Source: Nitrospinaceae bacterium (GTDB taxonomy: Bacteria; Nitrospinota; Nitrospinia; Nitrospinales; VA-1). Taken from it: a stretch of 48,151 nt of DNA. Of the stretch, positions 1-9,508 are shown one piece after another (positions within the stretch are counted from its first letter, which is position 1; every line of letters begins with the position of its first letter). The translations under genes were made by a program, and so were the position numbers. The stretch is taken from the NCBI GenBank assembly GCA_029261675.1, contig JAJDBA010000173.1:1-48151 (forward strand), read 5' to 3'. The notes under the pieces are model-generated. The model had not been told where the DNA came from and searched no databases. It was given only the letters and a program-made list of their open reading frames with translations.

Positions 1-2142
1 AGAGAGCCGTATCGTATTTTGAAAGTCGCTTTAAATCATGTGCAACGGTTGATTGATTTCGAAGTTTCTGCAGTTTATCTTGTCGATGAAGAAAACTCTG
101 ATTTTATTTTAAAAGAAATTAATCCTCCCTCGAATAAGGTATCCCTTCAAGAGGAAGTGGATGCCCAAATTGAAAACGGAACCTTTGCTTGGGCTTTGAA
201 TCAAAACCGTGCTGTTGTAGTCAAAGTCCCCTCGGGAAAACATTCTCTTGTTTTCCATGTGTTGGCTACTAAAACCCGAGTCCGCGGAATGTTTGTCGGC
301 AGGGTCCTGTCTAAAGTTAAAGCTATCAATGAAACTATTCTTTATCCTCTCACTGTGATTCTGCAGAGTACTTCAAACGCATTGGAAAGTGCTGCATTGT
401 ACAGTTTGATTTGGGAACAGAATAAAAATCTTGAAGAAACAGTTAGTATTCGAACTCAGGATTTGGAAAAAAGAAAAGTCGAACTGGAAGAGGAAATTGC
501 TTTTCGCAAACTTGCAGAAGAATCATTGGTGGTAGCAAAAGAGGAGGCCGAAGCCGCGGCCAAAGCTAAAAGCGAGTTTTTGGCAAATATGAGTCATGAA
601 ATTAGAACTCCTCTAAACGCAATTCTTGGTTATGGTGAAATCCTTCAGTTCGAAGCTCGAAAAATGCAGCGCCTCGATTTTTTGGAAGATTTGTCAGCAA
701 TAGAACTTGCGGGTCGGCATTTGCTTGGGTTGATAAACGAGATTTTGGAAATATCCAAGATCCATGCTGGGAAAATTGAAGTTCATTCAGAATCTTTTAC
801 TCTAAAGCAGCTTGTTGAAGAAGTAGTCGCAACGATCAAGCCGCTGGCTCAAAAAAAGAACAATACAATTGAAACGGTCATGCTGAATGCTCCAGATAAA
901 ATGTTTTCAGACTCTACGCGCATTCGTCAAATACTGTTAAATTTAATAGGCAACTCATGCAAGTTTACAGAAAAAGGGAAAGTTACTTTATCGGTAACGG
1001 GCAAGATCGTCGAAGATGTTAATTGGCTTCATTTTACTGTTGTAGATACAGGAATTGGAATCGATCCAGAAAAAATTCCAGAATTATTTGAAGAGTTCAC
1101 TCAGGCTGATAATTCAGCTACAAGAAAATTTGGAGGAACGGGTTTAGGTTTAGCAATTAGTAAACGTTTAGCCCAATTGCTGGGGGGTGATATTCAGGCT
1201 ACCAGTGAGCTCGGAAAAGGTTCTTCGTTTACCTTATTTTTGCCTCAGGACTACTCACAGATTAAGACCTTTGAAAAGCAATCTGTCGAAGGCTGGTCCG
1301 AGTGGGCTGGGAAGTACCTTGATGAAGATAAACTGTCAAAGAAAGAAAAATATGATGATAGACGCGACGCATCTCTGGTTGAGTTTGAAGCGGATCAGGT
1401 TTTGGTAATTGATGATGACACAATTATAAGTAATTTAATTCGAAAATTTTTAGAAAGAGAAGGCTATCAGGTAGAAATTGCTGTGGAAGGAAATGCTGGA
1501 TTTAAAGTGGCTGAAAAAAATATTCCGCAAATCATCATTCTTGATGTGAGGATTGATGGAGGGAGGGGTTGGGATATCTTTAAGAGATTAAAAGATCATC
1601 CAAAGCTTAAAGATATACCTGTTGTTGCATTGACCGATGCGGAAGAGGAACAGCGTGCTAGAAAAGAAGGTGTAGCCGAGTTTCTACCCAAACCTCTAGA
1701 TTGGGATTATTTTGTTACAGTATTAAAAAAATATAAAAAAACTTCGCGTGAGTTTTCAATACTAATAGTTGAAGATGATGCTATTAACCGTGAAGCGCTT
1801 CGCAGAATTCTAGGAAAAGATGGTTGGAATGTTGTTGAAGCTTTTGATGGCCCCTCTGCTTTTGAAAAGTTAGAGGAGAAAGGTGACCTCCCCGGATTGA
1901 TTTTGCTGGATATTGTTATCCCAGGTATAAACGGTTTCGAGGTGGTGCAACGATTAAGGCAAAACCCGCTTTGGCGAGCGATTCCAATTATAATTATTTC
2001 TGCGAAGGAGCTAACGCTCGAGGAAAGAGGTCGTCTTCAGGGTGATGTTGAACAAATTTTTAAAAAGGGAGATGTTACCTGCAATGACCTTTTGCAGGTA
2101 ATTCGATATATAGCTAGCAAAGGGGCACTTGAAAGAACCTAA
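1..2142 (+). CDS. Hybrid sensor histidine kinase, 5'-truncated at the window edge (GAF-like region, coiled coil, HisKA, HATPase_c, two receiver domains)
   Basis: The frame is open from nt 1. The ORF track begins at TTG 19, inside what reads like a GAF domain. H-box '[19 protein letters not shown]'; N-box '[13 protein letters not shown]'; G-boxes 'DTGIGI' and '[13 protein letters not shown]'. REC1 'VLVIDDD...IILDV...FLPKP'; REC2 'ILIVEDD...[13 protein letters not shown]...IIISAK'. Stop TAA 2140-2142. Confidence 0.9.
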   Translation, partial: REPYRILKVALNHVQRLIDFEVSAVYLVDEENSDFILKEINPPSNKVSLQEEVDAQIENGTFAWALNQNRAVVVKVPSGKHSLVFHVLATKTRVRGMFVGRVLSKVKAINETILYPLTVILQSTSNALESAALYSLIWEQNKNLEETVSIRTQDLEKRKVELEEEIAFRKLAEESLVVAKEEAEAAAKAKSEFLANMSHEIRTPLNAILGYGEILQFEARKMQRLDFLEDLSAIELAGRHLLGLINEILEISKIHAGKIEVHSESFTLKQLVEEVVATIKPLAQKKNNTIETVMLNAPDKMFSDSTRIRQILLNLIGNSCKFTEKGKVTLSVTGKIVEDVNWLHFTVVDTGIGIDPEKIPELFEEFTQADNSATRKFGGTGLGLAISKRLAQLLGGDIQATSELGKGSSFTLFLPQDYSQIKTFEKQSVEGWSEWAGKYLDEDKLSKKEKYDDRRDASLVEFEADQVLVIDDDTIISNLIRKFLEREGYQVEIAVEGNAGFKVAEKNIPQIIILDVRIDGGRGWDIFKRLKDHPKLKDIPVVALTDAEEEQRARKEGVAEFLPKPLDWDYFVTVLKKYKKTSREFSILIVEDDAINREALRRILGKDGWNVVEAFDGPSAFEKLEEKGDLPGLILLDIVIPGINGFEVVQRLRQNPLWRAIPIIIISAKELTLEERGRLQGDVEQIFKKGDVTCNDLLQVIRYIASKGALERT

Positions 2143-2153
2143 GGGTACTTAAG

Positions 2154-2621
2154 CTAAGGTTTTTCTTTGGCTTTTCTCATTGGTTCTACGGTCGAAAAAA
2201 ATATAGACCGAGGACGAACTTGCAAGGTGTAGCTCAGATTTTGATCTGCCACTCCTGGTTTCACGGCGAGAGTAAAATTCCATTCCGCAATCGCTCCGGG
2301 GAGGTGAGGGCTTCCTTTTAAGATGTTACCTCCTTTATGGGGATTATTGATCAGTAAAAATTTTTTACCAGGGTCAGCTGCTAATTTGTCTATCCTATAA
2401 ACCCTACCAAATATCTGACTGATACTTCGGGTCGTGTTATTTTTGATTCTAAAAACAATTGCTCGTCTATTCGCAGGTAGAGTGAATTTGTCAGAGATTG
2501 ATATTGCTCCAAGATTAGTAAACCTTTCCGCATTCTGACTCTGACCATAAGCTTGGAAACAAAGTAGGACAAGGTTTAGAGCAAAGGAGAGAGCATAGAC
2601 GAAGAACAATTTGTTTTTCAT
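2154..2621 (-). CDS. Hypothetical secreted/periplasmic protein (155 aa)
   Basis: N-terminal signal-peptide-like segment 'MKNKLFFVYALSFALNLVLLCFQAYG'. I recognise no family motif. Ends in TAG (2156-2154). Confidence 0.55.
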   Translation of the reverse strand: MKNKLFFVYALSFALNLVLLCFQAYGQSQNAERFTNLGAISISDKFTLPANRRAIVFRIKNNTTRSISQIFGRVYRIDKLAADPGKKFLLINNPHKGGNILKGSPHLPGAIAEWNFTLAVKPGVADQNLSYTLQVRPRSIFFSTVEPMRKAKEKP

Positions 2622-2665
2622 ATTGTTTAGTGTTGGAACGCGAATTTCTTTCGCCGTATAAAGGT

Positions 2666-3460
2666 TTAAGGCTTTTTGCCTATAGTTGACTCCAACTCAG
2701 ACCTAAGTTCACCAGATTCCACCATTAATTTTACGTTTAGAATAGCAGCTGGATTAAACTCCTTCATTTTATACTGTTTGCCGATTTGATTTTGAACTTT
2801 TAAATGAAGTGCGTCCCGTTCCCATTTCTGAAGGGTTTCATTCATCAATTGGGTGCCGACTATTAACGTTTCCCACATGATACTTTGTTCATTGTCATCG
2901 AGTTTTAAAGTGATGACTTTTTTTTCGGCAATTTCCCCGGTGTCGATACCTTTTTCGACTTTGTGAACTATGGCGCCTAAATTTTTTAAATCGCGATTGT
3001 AAATTGGCCAGAAATTGCATGAGGACCCTCTGTAGAATTCAGGGAGCCCGACATGTAGATTATAGATTGAATCCGGACAATAAGATAAAATCTCTTCTTT
3101 GAGTATGCCTATTCCAAATACTGCAATGAATCCTGGGGAATACTTTTTGACAAGGGATAGGGTCTCCGGTGAATTGAGTTTACTTCCTTCAAGATTAATG
3201 ATGTCCGGTTTATTTTGCGGCTTTAGCTCTAATGTTGGAGTGAGAGTGTCCTTTTCAAACTCGTTTCTTCTGTTAAAGAACCAATTCCAGGCATCATTTT
3301 CCTCCTTCGTTTTAGCTGTTGGTTTCGGGTAGTTTGATGACAGAATAAAAACTGCGGCAATGTGATGTCTGGAATTTAATTGCTTGAAGAAATATTGATG
3401 ACGAAGTCCATCTCCGATCATCAATATTATATTTTTTGATTTTGACCGGGTGTTGTTCAT
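2666..3460 (-). CDS. Formyltransferase-family protein (Fmt/PurN-like fold)
   Basis: 'IILMIGDG' N-terminus. 'NLHVGLPEFYRGSSCNFWPI' resembles the N-x-H-x-SLLP-xx-RG catalytic stretch of formyltransferases. Downstream 'VHKVEKGIDTGEI'. Confidence 0.7.
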   Translation of the reverse strand: MNNTRSKSKNIILMIGDGLRHQYFFKQLNSRHHIAAVFILSSNYPKPTAKTKEENDAWNWFFNRRNEFEKDTLTPTLELKPQNKPDIINLEGSKLNSPETLSLVKKYSPGFIAVFGIGILKEEILSYCPDSIYNLHVGLPEFYRGSSCNFWPIYNRDLKNLGAIVHKVEKGIDTGEIAEKKVITLKLDDNEQSIMWETLIVGTQLMNETLQKWERDALHLKVQNQIGKQYKMKEFNPAAILNVKLMVESGELRSELESTIGKKP

Positions 3461-3513
3461 TTGAAACGGATCACGCTGGAAAGGCTGAGTTGAAATATGA
3501 GTAGGGCTGGAAA

Positions 3514-4716
3514 TTAGGAGGACGATTCATCCAATTCATTGGTGTTGATATATTTTTGTTTGTAGTAAATTGTCAAATCTTTAAGTGAAATGATTCCTTT
3601 CACCTTGGATTTACTGGTGATCGCAATATATCTGACATCGTTTTCATGCATAAGAGCTAATGCCTCATCCATGTGTTGGTTCTCGTCTAATTTACAGGGT
3701 ACTCTCATAATCTGGGCAATTGTAGTTTTAGCGGGGTCAAGATTGTTGCCCAATACATTTCTGGCAAAATCCTCTTCGGTAACGATACCTGTGATACTTT
3801 CCTGTTCTTTAACCAGCAGAGAACCAATTTCTTTATCTTTTAAGATTTCTGTAGCTTGCAGGACAGTGAAGGTTTCATCGACGGTCTCCAAATTTTCCTG
3901 CATATAATGTTTGACCTTATCCTCATCACTTAATTTTTTGCAAAACTTAAAGTTATAATAATTAGCGAAATCTTTTATAGAAAGCATTCCGACGATTTTT
4001 TTGCCTCGGGTTGCAAATAGATGACGAACATTTTTATCTCTCATGAGTTGATAAGCATCACCCATTGATTGACCTTGTTCAATGGTGACCAATTGGCGGC
4101 TGAGAATAGATGAAACTTTGCTTGTTGCAACATCCAAGCCCTGAGCAATCACATCCATGGTCATGGCTGATTCAGAAAGGATACCTTTTGCTTTGCCCCT
4201 TTCAGTGACCAATAATGCGCCGACTTTTTTGTCTGCCATTTTTTGAGCTGCAGTAAGAACGGTTTCGTAAGATTCAATATTTATAATTGAATTCTGCATG
4301 AAATACTGAATTTCACCTTTTTCCTCACCACCTTGAGAATGTTTGTTGTTGTAGTAATTTGCAAAGTCTTTTATGGAAAGAATGCCTGTGATTTTATCGT
4401 TATCCGAAACAGCTAAGTGACGAATATTTTTTTCCTTCATACAGGCATAAGCATCTGCCATGGATCGATCTGCATCCATTGAAATTACAGATTCGCTTGA
4501 TAAAGCGGCAACCGATGTTTGTTCAGGGTCTCGATTCGTCGCGACCAGTTTGCGAGTTAAATCTGTATCTGTTAAAAAACCCGAATAATCTCCTTCTTCA
4601 CCAACGAGTAGGGAACTGATGGAGTTCTTACGCATTAACTCCGCCGCTTCCTTTGCCGTGGCTCCGGGAGTAATGGAGAGAATTGATTCTTCCATAAAAT
4701 ATCGGATTTCATCCAT
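3514..4716 (-). CDS. Stand-alone CBS-domain protein with three tandem Bateman modules (six CBS motifs)
   Basis: Six recognisable CBS units. Each pair ends in a near-identical linker: 'GILSIKDFANYYNNKH', 'GMLSIKDFANYYNFKF', 'GIISLKDLTIYYKQKY'. The ORF track starts at TTG 4731. ATG 4716 ('MDEIRYF') follows an AAGGA Shine-Dalgarno by about 8 nt and is my preferred start. Confidence 0.85.
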   Translation of the reverse strand: MDEIRYFMEESILSITPGATAKEAAELMRKNSISSLLVGEEGDYSGFLTDTDLTRKLVATNRDPEQTSVAALSSESVISMDADRSMADAYACMKEKNIRHLAVSDNDKITGILSIKDFANYYNNKHSQGGEEKGEIQYFMQNSIINIESYETVLTAAQKMADKKVGALLVTERGKAKGILSESAMTMDVIAQGLDVATSKVSSILSRQLVTIEQGQSMGDAYQLMRDKNVRHLFATRGKKIVGMLSIKDFANYYNFKFCKKLSDEDKVKHYMQENLETVDETFTVLQATEILKDKEIGSLLVKEQESITGIVTEEDFARNVLGNNLDPAKTTIAQIMRVPCKLDENQHMDEALALMHENDVRYIAITSKSKVKGIISLKDLTIYYKQKYINTNELDESSS

Positions 4717-4986
4717 AAATATTTCCTTCAAATGAATATTTGAAAATGTCTTTAATTACTTCATCTTAAAGGTTAACCAATGCGACAAAAAAATACAAGG
4801 TTTGAAAAGCAAAGGGGGTAATGGATTTGTGAAGGATAGATATGAAACTCTTTATTTCATATCCGAAAATGGGGGATGTGTTTTGTTGGTGCTCTTAACA
4901 GCTTACTTTATAGGTTGACCTTTGTTAAATTAACCTTATCATTAATTATGCCCTTAATTTTCAAATAGAAAAAGCATCTCTTATAA

Positions 4987-6123
4987 ATGATACACGAAAA
5001 ACTCCATATTCTTTTAGTTGAAGACGAGCAAACGGATGCTGAAGTTGTGTGTAGGGCATTCTATGGAAGTTCTGATAAATACAAGGTTTTCGTTGTTGCC
5101 AGTATTTTTGCGGCAAAAGCTCATATGTCGGATTCCACTCCGGATATTGTGATTACCGATTTATGCCTGCCGGATGGCAGTGGAATGGAATTGCTAACGT
5201 CAGAAAAAAGCGAAGCTAGATATCCGCTTATAGTGATGTCCGGTAGAGGTGACGAAGAAAAAGCTGTTGATGCAATGAAGGCAGGAGCATTTGATTATTT
5301 GGTTAAATCCCAAAAATCTTTAGCCTTTCTTCCAACTGTTGTAAGAATGGTTTTGAGAGAGTGGGAGACCCTTCAAAAAAAGAAAGAGGCTGAAAAAAAA
5401 CTGGTTGAAGCAAAGGAAGAAGCTGAGAGAGCCAATAAGGCCAAGTCAGAGTTTCTTTCCAGAATGAGTCATGAATTGCGAACTCCGATGAATTCCATTC
5501 TTGGTTTTGGGCAAATATTGAATATGAATTTTGATGAACCATTAACGGTGTATCAAAAAAATAATGTTGTTTATATTTTAATAGCTGGGAATCATCTTCT
5601 TACCCTTATCAATGAATTGCTTGACCTGTCTCAAATCGAGTCCGGGCAAATGAAAATTTCTTTAGAGAGTGTCAATGTTAAGAGTCTGGTTGATGAATTG
5701 ATAGTTATGGTCAAACCCTTGGCCAGTGAAAAGAATATTGAAATTACAAATCGATTATCTGTTGATCCAGAATATCATGTCCGAGCCGATAGGATGCGCT
5801 TAAGGCAAATCCTGTTGAATTTGACGTCTAATGCTATCAAGTACAATCGTGTTAACGGATCGATTACATTCGAATGTGAAAAAATATCTGATCGCAGAAT
5901 CTGCATTAAAGTGAAGGATACGGGTGATGGTATTCCTAACGATAAAATGGGTGAAGTATTTAAATCTTTTTACAGGATGGACAATGAATCGACTAAGACA
6001 GAGGGCACTGGGATTGGTCTTAATATAGTCAAGGGGCTGATTGAGCTGATGGGTGGCTCTATTGAGGTAGATAGTGTACTTGGAGAAGGAAGTTGTTTTA
6101 CTGTGTGCTTGCCAGCCTGTTAA
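4987..6123 (+). CDS. Response-regulator/histidine-kinase fusion (N-terminal REC, coiled coil, HisKA, HATPase_c)
   Basis: REC 'ILLVEDEQTD...IVITDLCLPDGSGMELL...IVMSGRGD...DYLVKS'. H-box '[19 protein letters not shown]'; N-box 'LLNLTSNAIKYN'; G-boxes 'DTGDGI' and 'GTGIGLNIVKGL'. Same transmitter subfamily as the kinase array at 32.6-41.9 kb. Confidence 0.9.
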   Translation: MIHEKLHILLVEDEQTDAEVVCRAFYGSSDKYKVFVVASIFAAKAHMSDSTPDIVITDLCLPDGSGMELLTSEKSEARYPLIVMSGRGDEEKAVDAMKAGAFDYLVKSQKSLAFLPTVVRMVLREWETLQKKKEAEKKLVEAKEEAERANKAKSEFLSRMSHELRTPMNSILGFGQILNMNFDEPLTVYQKNNVVYILIAGNHLLTLINELLDLSQIESGQMKISLESVNVKSLVDELIVMVKPLASEKNIEITNRLSVDPEYHVRADRMRLRQILLNLTSNAIKYNRVNGSITFECEKISDRRICIKVKDTGDGIPNDKMGEVFKSFYRMDNESTKTEGTGIGLNIVKGLIELMGGSIEVDSVLGEGSCFTVCLPAC

Positions 6124-6139
6124 ACTTCTCCTGTAGGTT

Positions 6140-8071
6140 TTAAATTTCTCTCCAGACTTTGAGCATTGGAAAATATAATGCTTTTTTAATAGGGCGGGTT
6201 TCGCCATACTCCTTGAGAAGAGTTGAATAACTGTCCAACTGCGGTTTGTATCGTATCACTTCGTTGTTCAAGAACTCTTCGAGGTCCATTCCTTTTCCCT
6301 CGTGACGGCTTGTTTTATAGTCGATAATCCATCGTATATCATTCTCAATAAAGGTACGGTCAATAATTTTTCGAAAAAAACGATTCTCTGAAAACTGAGT
6401 AAGGGGATATTCTGCACGACCTTCTTGGTGGTTTGCTAAAATCCATTGTCCCTTTGGATCTTGCAAGGTATTGCGTATCCCCAAAAGTGTTTGTTGCAAG
6501 ACTTTCTCAGTTTGCTCAAAAGGCAATCCTTCTCCTAAAAGCGCGGATTTTATTTTTGGAGCCATCTGGTCGACCCTTTCAAATGACCACTCGCTTAGCC
6601 CTTCCTCCGTGATGGTTTGTAGAATTCTATGCAATACATTTCCCAGACAGCGCGCGGCATTACCAGCCCAGAGGAAGGGGCTGATATTTTTTTCTTCATC
6701 AATCTCCACCATAATCTCGGTATCGATATCAAGTAAAGGTGAGGGAGGAGTAAAGTTTGTAGGTATCCGTTTAAGGGAAATAGTTTCTGAAGTTAATGCC
6801 AGCGGTTTGTCTTCTTGCTGAGCTTCATCCGATTCTGAATGGTTCCATTCACTTTTTATAAATGGCCAGAGGCTTTCTAATAAAGAATTCGATTCTGGGA
6901 TATTATTGTTTTTTGTTTTTCCAAAGAGGTGTAATTGCTTCCTGGCTCGGGTAGAGGCCACATAAAGAAGGCGAAGCATTTCATGGTCATCTTTTTCTTT
7001 ATCCATTTCAGCTAAAAAATTATAAATTGGAGAATGGTTGCCCCCTTTTTCTTCTATCGGTGCTAGAAGCAATTCATCCCCATAAGGCATCCAGAAAACC
7101 AGTTGCTTGCTCTCGGGTCGCGGTCTTTTCCCCAGGCCGGGGAGAATGACATAATCAAACTCAAGGCCTTTGGCTTTATGCATAGTCATAACTTGAACGG
7201 CATTTTCATCTAGGGTTAAAGGGCTTGCATACAGATTTTCTATAACCTGATTGATATGCTCGACTTTATTTATCTCTCCTTTTTGCATGATGCTTTCTAC
7301 CTCATCAAAAAAGGACTCAATATCTCGAGGTGGTGTTTCTTCAAGGCATGCTGGTCCGCCTAATCGTATCCAGCAGTTTTCCAGAAGGTCGCGGAAATTA
7401 TTTGAGGGTAGGGCATTCAATGTGGGGAGTAATATGGATACGATTCTTTTGGCTAGTTGCTGGCCCGTCGAGGAAAGTGAGTCAACCAGGTTCGTATCGT
7501 TTAATAACTCCCAAATCGATTTTTCTGGATTCTCTTCGCATAATAAATGAAGGTCCGATAAGGGCATGCCTGCCCAGGGAGCACGTAAAATGGATAGCCA
7601 TGCAATCCTATCTAGTGGGGAAAGCAAGGCTCGCATCAAAGATAATAGATCAATAATGGCAGGGCGATCAGTGAGGGTATAAATCGCCTCTGCTTTAAAA
7701 GGAATATGACTGGACTCCAGTTCACGGATGATTTCTTTTAAATGTGTTCTACTCCGTACAAGGATTGCAATCGATGCTGTGGGAGAATCTTTTTGAATAT
7801 TCTTAATCAATTTTGAAACTTCATGAGCCTCTTCTTTGGCAGCAAATTTGGGATCGGTATTCGGGTTGAGAGGATGTGAAATGACGCCTTGATAAGTTTC
7901 TTTACCATGAACAGCTGTCGATTTAGAAAAGGCAATGGCTCCTGAATTGGGATTATTATCGCTTGGTAATATTTTCTGAAAACATTCATTGACCCAGATA
8001 ACAACTCTTTCCTGCGACCGGAAATTAGACTCTAAATTGAGATTTATGAGCTTCAGATGGCCGATTCCCTC
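6140..8071 (-). CDS. addA: addA-like UvrD-helicase/PD-(D/E)XK nuclease, portion downstream of an in-frame TAG (same frame as 8072..9508; the gene is either interrupted or read through)
   Basis: Translation continues in the same frame directly after TAG 8074-8072: 'EGIGHLKLINLNLESNFRSQERVVIWVNECF' (helicase NFRS motif). The ORF-track protein 6140..7810 follows, with 'VMTMHKAKGLEFDYVILPG', 'LLYVASTRARKQL' and the C-terminal nuclease 'RWIIDYKTS...YKPQLDSY'. The first start codon after the TAG is TTG 7810, so 87 homologous codons would be lost if the pieces were expressed separately. Confidence 0.8.
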   Translation of the reverse strand, partial: EGIGHLKLINLNLESNFRSQERVVIWVNECFQKILPSDNNPNSGAIAFSKSTAVHGKETYQGVISHPLNPNTDPKFAAKEEAHEVSKLIKNIQKDSPTASIAILVRSRTHLKEIIRELESSHIPFKAEAIYTLTDRPAIIDLLSLMRALLSPLDRIAWLSILRAPWAGMPLSDLHLLCEENPEKSIWELLNDTNLVDSLSSTGQQLAKRIVSILLPTLNALPSNNFRDLLENCWIRLGGPACLEETPPRDIESFFDEVESIMQKGEINKVEHINQVIENLYASPLTLDENAVQVMTMHKAKGLEFDYVILPGLGKRPRPESKQLVFWMPYGDELLLAPIEEKGGNHSPIYNFLAEMDKEKDDHEMLRLLYVASTRARKQLHLFGKTKNNNIPESNSLLESLWPFIKSEWNHSESDEAQQEDKPLALTSETISLKRIPTNFTPPSPLLDIDTEIMVEIDEEKNISPFLWAGNAARCLGNVLHRILQTITEEGLSEWSFERVDQMAPKIKSALLGEGLPFEQTEKVLQQTLLGIRNTLQDPKGQWILANHQEGRAEYPLTQFSENRFFRKIIDRTFIENDIRWIIDYKTSRHEGKGMDLEEFLNNEVIRYKPQLDSYSTLLKEYGETRPIKKALYFPMLKVWREI

Positions 8072-9508
8072 CTACTGAGTTATTAGGAATAATCCTACTT
8101 CGGCATCCCTGAATCTATAGATCGATTGTTTAGGGTCGCCTACAATAAAGAGGCTCCGTCCCTTACCCGGTTCCCACTCTGCGGTGAGTTTTTTTAATAA
8201 CTCCTCTTGTTTGTAAGATGTGTCTTGATATTCATCGACAAGGATATGCTGGATTTTGTCATCTAAATATTTATCTAGGTCAGTGGGGTTCAATTCATTC
8301 CCGAATGCTTTTAAAGCGGCTAAAGAAATTTCGCTAAAATCCGTCAGTTCTTTTTCCTGGAGAATGCTACGCAACTGAAAATCTATTTCAGGTAGTAGTC
8401 GAATTGTTGATCTTAAAATATTCCATTCGTGATCTGTGAAATGGGGACTTGGCAGGGAATCTATTTTTGCCAGTGCCTCAATCAAAGGTTTGTGGCCAAC
8501 CAAGGATTTTAATAGTTGAGCGAATCTCTCTTTCATTTTTATTGCGTGCGCATTTTTATCAGCAGGGAATCCTAAATTTTTATCGGCTTTTTTGCGTAAT
8601 TCTCCGTTGGCTGTCAAAAGAAGTTTGGAAACTCCTTTCCATTTATCCAATTCATCTATAAGGGGTAGGGGAAAAGAGTCTAAACACCTCAATGAAGCAA
8701 TAGAGTTTTTAGGGGCTGACTCTGAAAGATTTTCGCCAGAGTATGTTGCCAAAGGAAGAAAGCTCTCTTGCAATAATAGAGGGAATTGATCGTGAGCTTC
8801 CTTTAAATGTATTTCAATCAACTCTGAGTAAATTTTAGCTAACTTTTCTCTATGTAAATCGTTTAATAAGTGTTCTTTTATATTTTCAAACTTATCAAAA
8901 AAGGAGATCATCCATTGATCGCGCAATTTTAATAATTGAACAATGCGCATTAAGAAAGCATTTTTATCATTATCAAGATGTGTCAATAAAGTACGGGTTA
9001 GCTCGGCGTAAAGATCATCTTTTTTTTCGATTTTTGAAAGGATTTGTTTAGCCGTTTGTAGATATAAATCCTGAATGTTTTCTTGTATTTCTGTAGGGCC
9101 ACCCATTTTTGATAGTAAGGGCGTCCTTTTGGTCAGGAAGGTGCAAAAGGAATCTATAGTAACGACCCTGAGGCGAGATGGATTATCCAGAAGTCTCCAT
9201 CCAAGCTTTCGGTTCCTTTCGAGGGCAGTTCGTGCCAGATTCCAGGTTTGATGTTGGTGTTCTTCAGCAGGAGGCGAATCACTTTGAGCGAGGGTTAATG
9301 CCGCAAAAATACGGGTCTTCATTTCCCCCGATGCTTTACGGGTAAAAGTCATAGCTAAAATTTCTTCGGGCTGGCTGACTCCGCCTAAAAGCTTGAGATA
9401 ACGTTGTATGAGAAGTTCCGTTTTTCCAGAGCCTGCGGGAGCCTGAACAATAAACGAATGCTTAGGGTCTAGTGCCTGTTCTCGAATTTGAAGGTCTGAG
9501 GGTTTCAC
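8072..9508 (-). CDS. addA: addA-like helicase-nuclease, N-terminal 478 codons ending at an in-frame TAG
   Basis: GTG start 9508-9506 overlaps the addB stop (TAGTG). Walker A 'APAGSGKTELL'; DExx box 'ILVDEYQDTS'; motif III 'FIVGDPKQSIYRFRDA'. Terminates at TAG 8074-8072. Confidence 0.85.
   Translation of the reverse strand: MKPSDLQIREQALDPKHSFIVQAPAGSGKTELLIQRYLKLLGGVSQPEEILAMTFTRKASGEMKTRIFAALTLAQSDSPPAEEHQHQTWNLARTALERNRKLGWRLLDNPSRLRVVTIDSFCTFLTKRTPLLSKMGGPTEIQENIQDLYLQTAKQILSKIEKKDDLYAELTRTLLTHLDNDKNAFLMRIVQLLKLRDQWMISFFDKFENIKEHLLNDLHREKLAKIYSELIEIHLKEAHDQFPLLLQESFLPLATYSGENLSESAPKNSIASLRCLDSFPLPLIDELDKWKGVSKLLLTANGELRKKADKNLGFPADKNAHAIKMKERFAQLLKSLVGHKPLIEALAKIDSLPSPHFTDHEWNILRSTIRLLPEIDFQLRSILQEKELTDFSEISLAALKAFGNELNPTDLDKYLDDKIQHILVDEYQDTSYKQEELLKKLTAEWEPGKGRSLFIVGDPKQSIYRFRDAEVGLFLITQ

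Noticed and set aside
7807-8004. 65-aa ORF between the two addA pieces
   Set aside because: It is in a different frame from the sequence that continues the AddA homology (the 'NFRS' motif) across this stretch. It has no recognisable motifs and no RBS. It is an artefact of the interrupted gene.
8072-8074. In-frame TAG as programmed recoding (pyrrolysine or a reassigned amber codon)
   Set aside because: TAG is used as a genuine terminator by addB (9510-9508) and by the 155-aa gene (2156-2154). No pyl genes or other in-frame TAGs are visible in the window. A nonsense mutation or a sequencing error is the simpler explanation.
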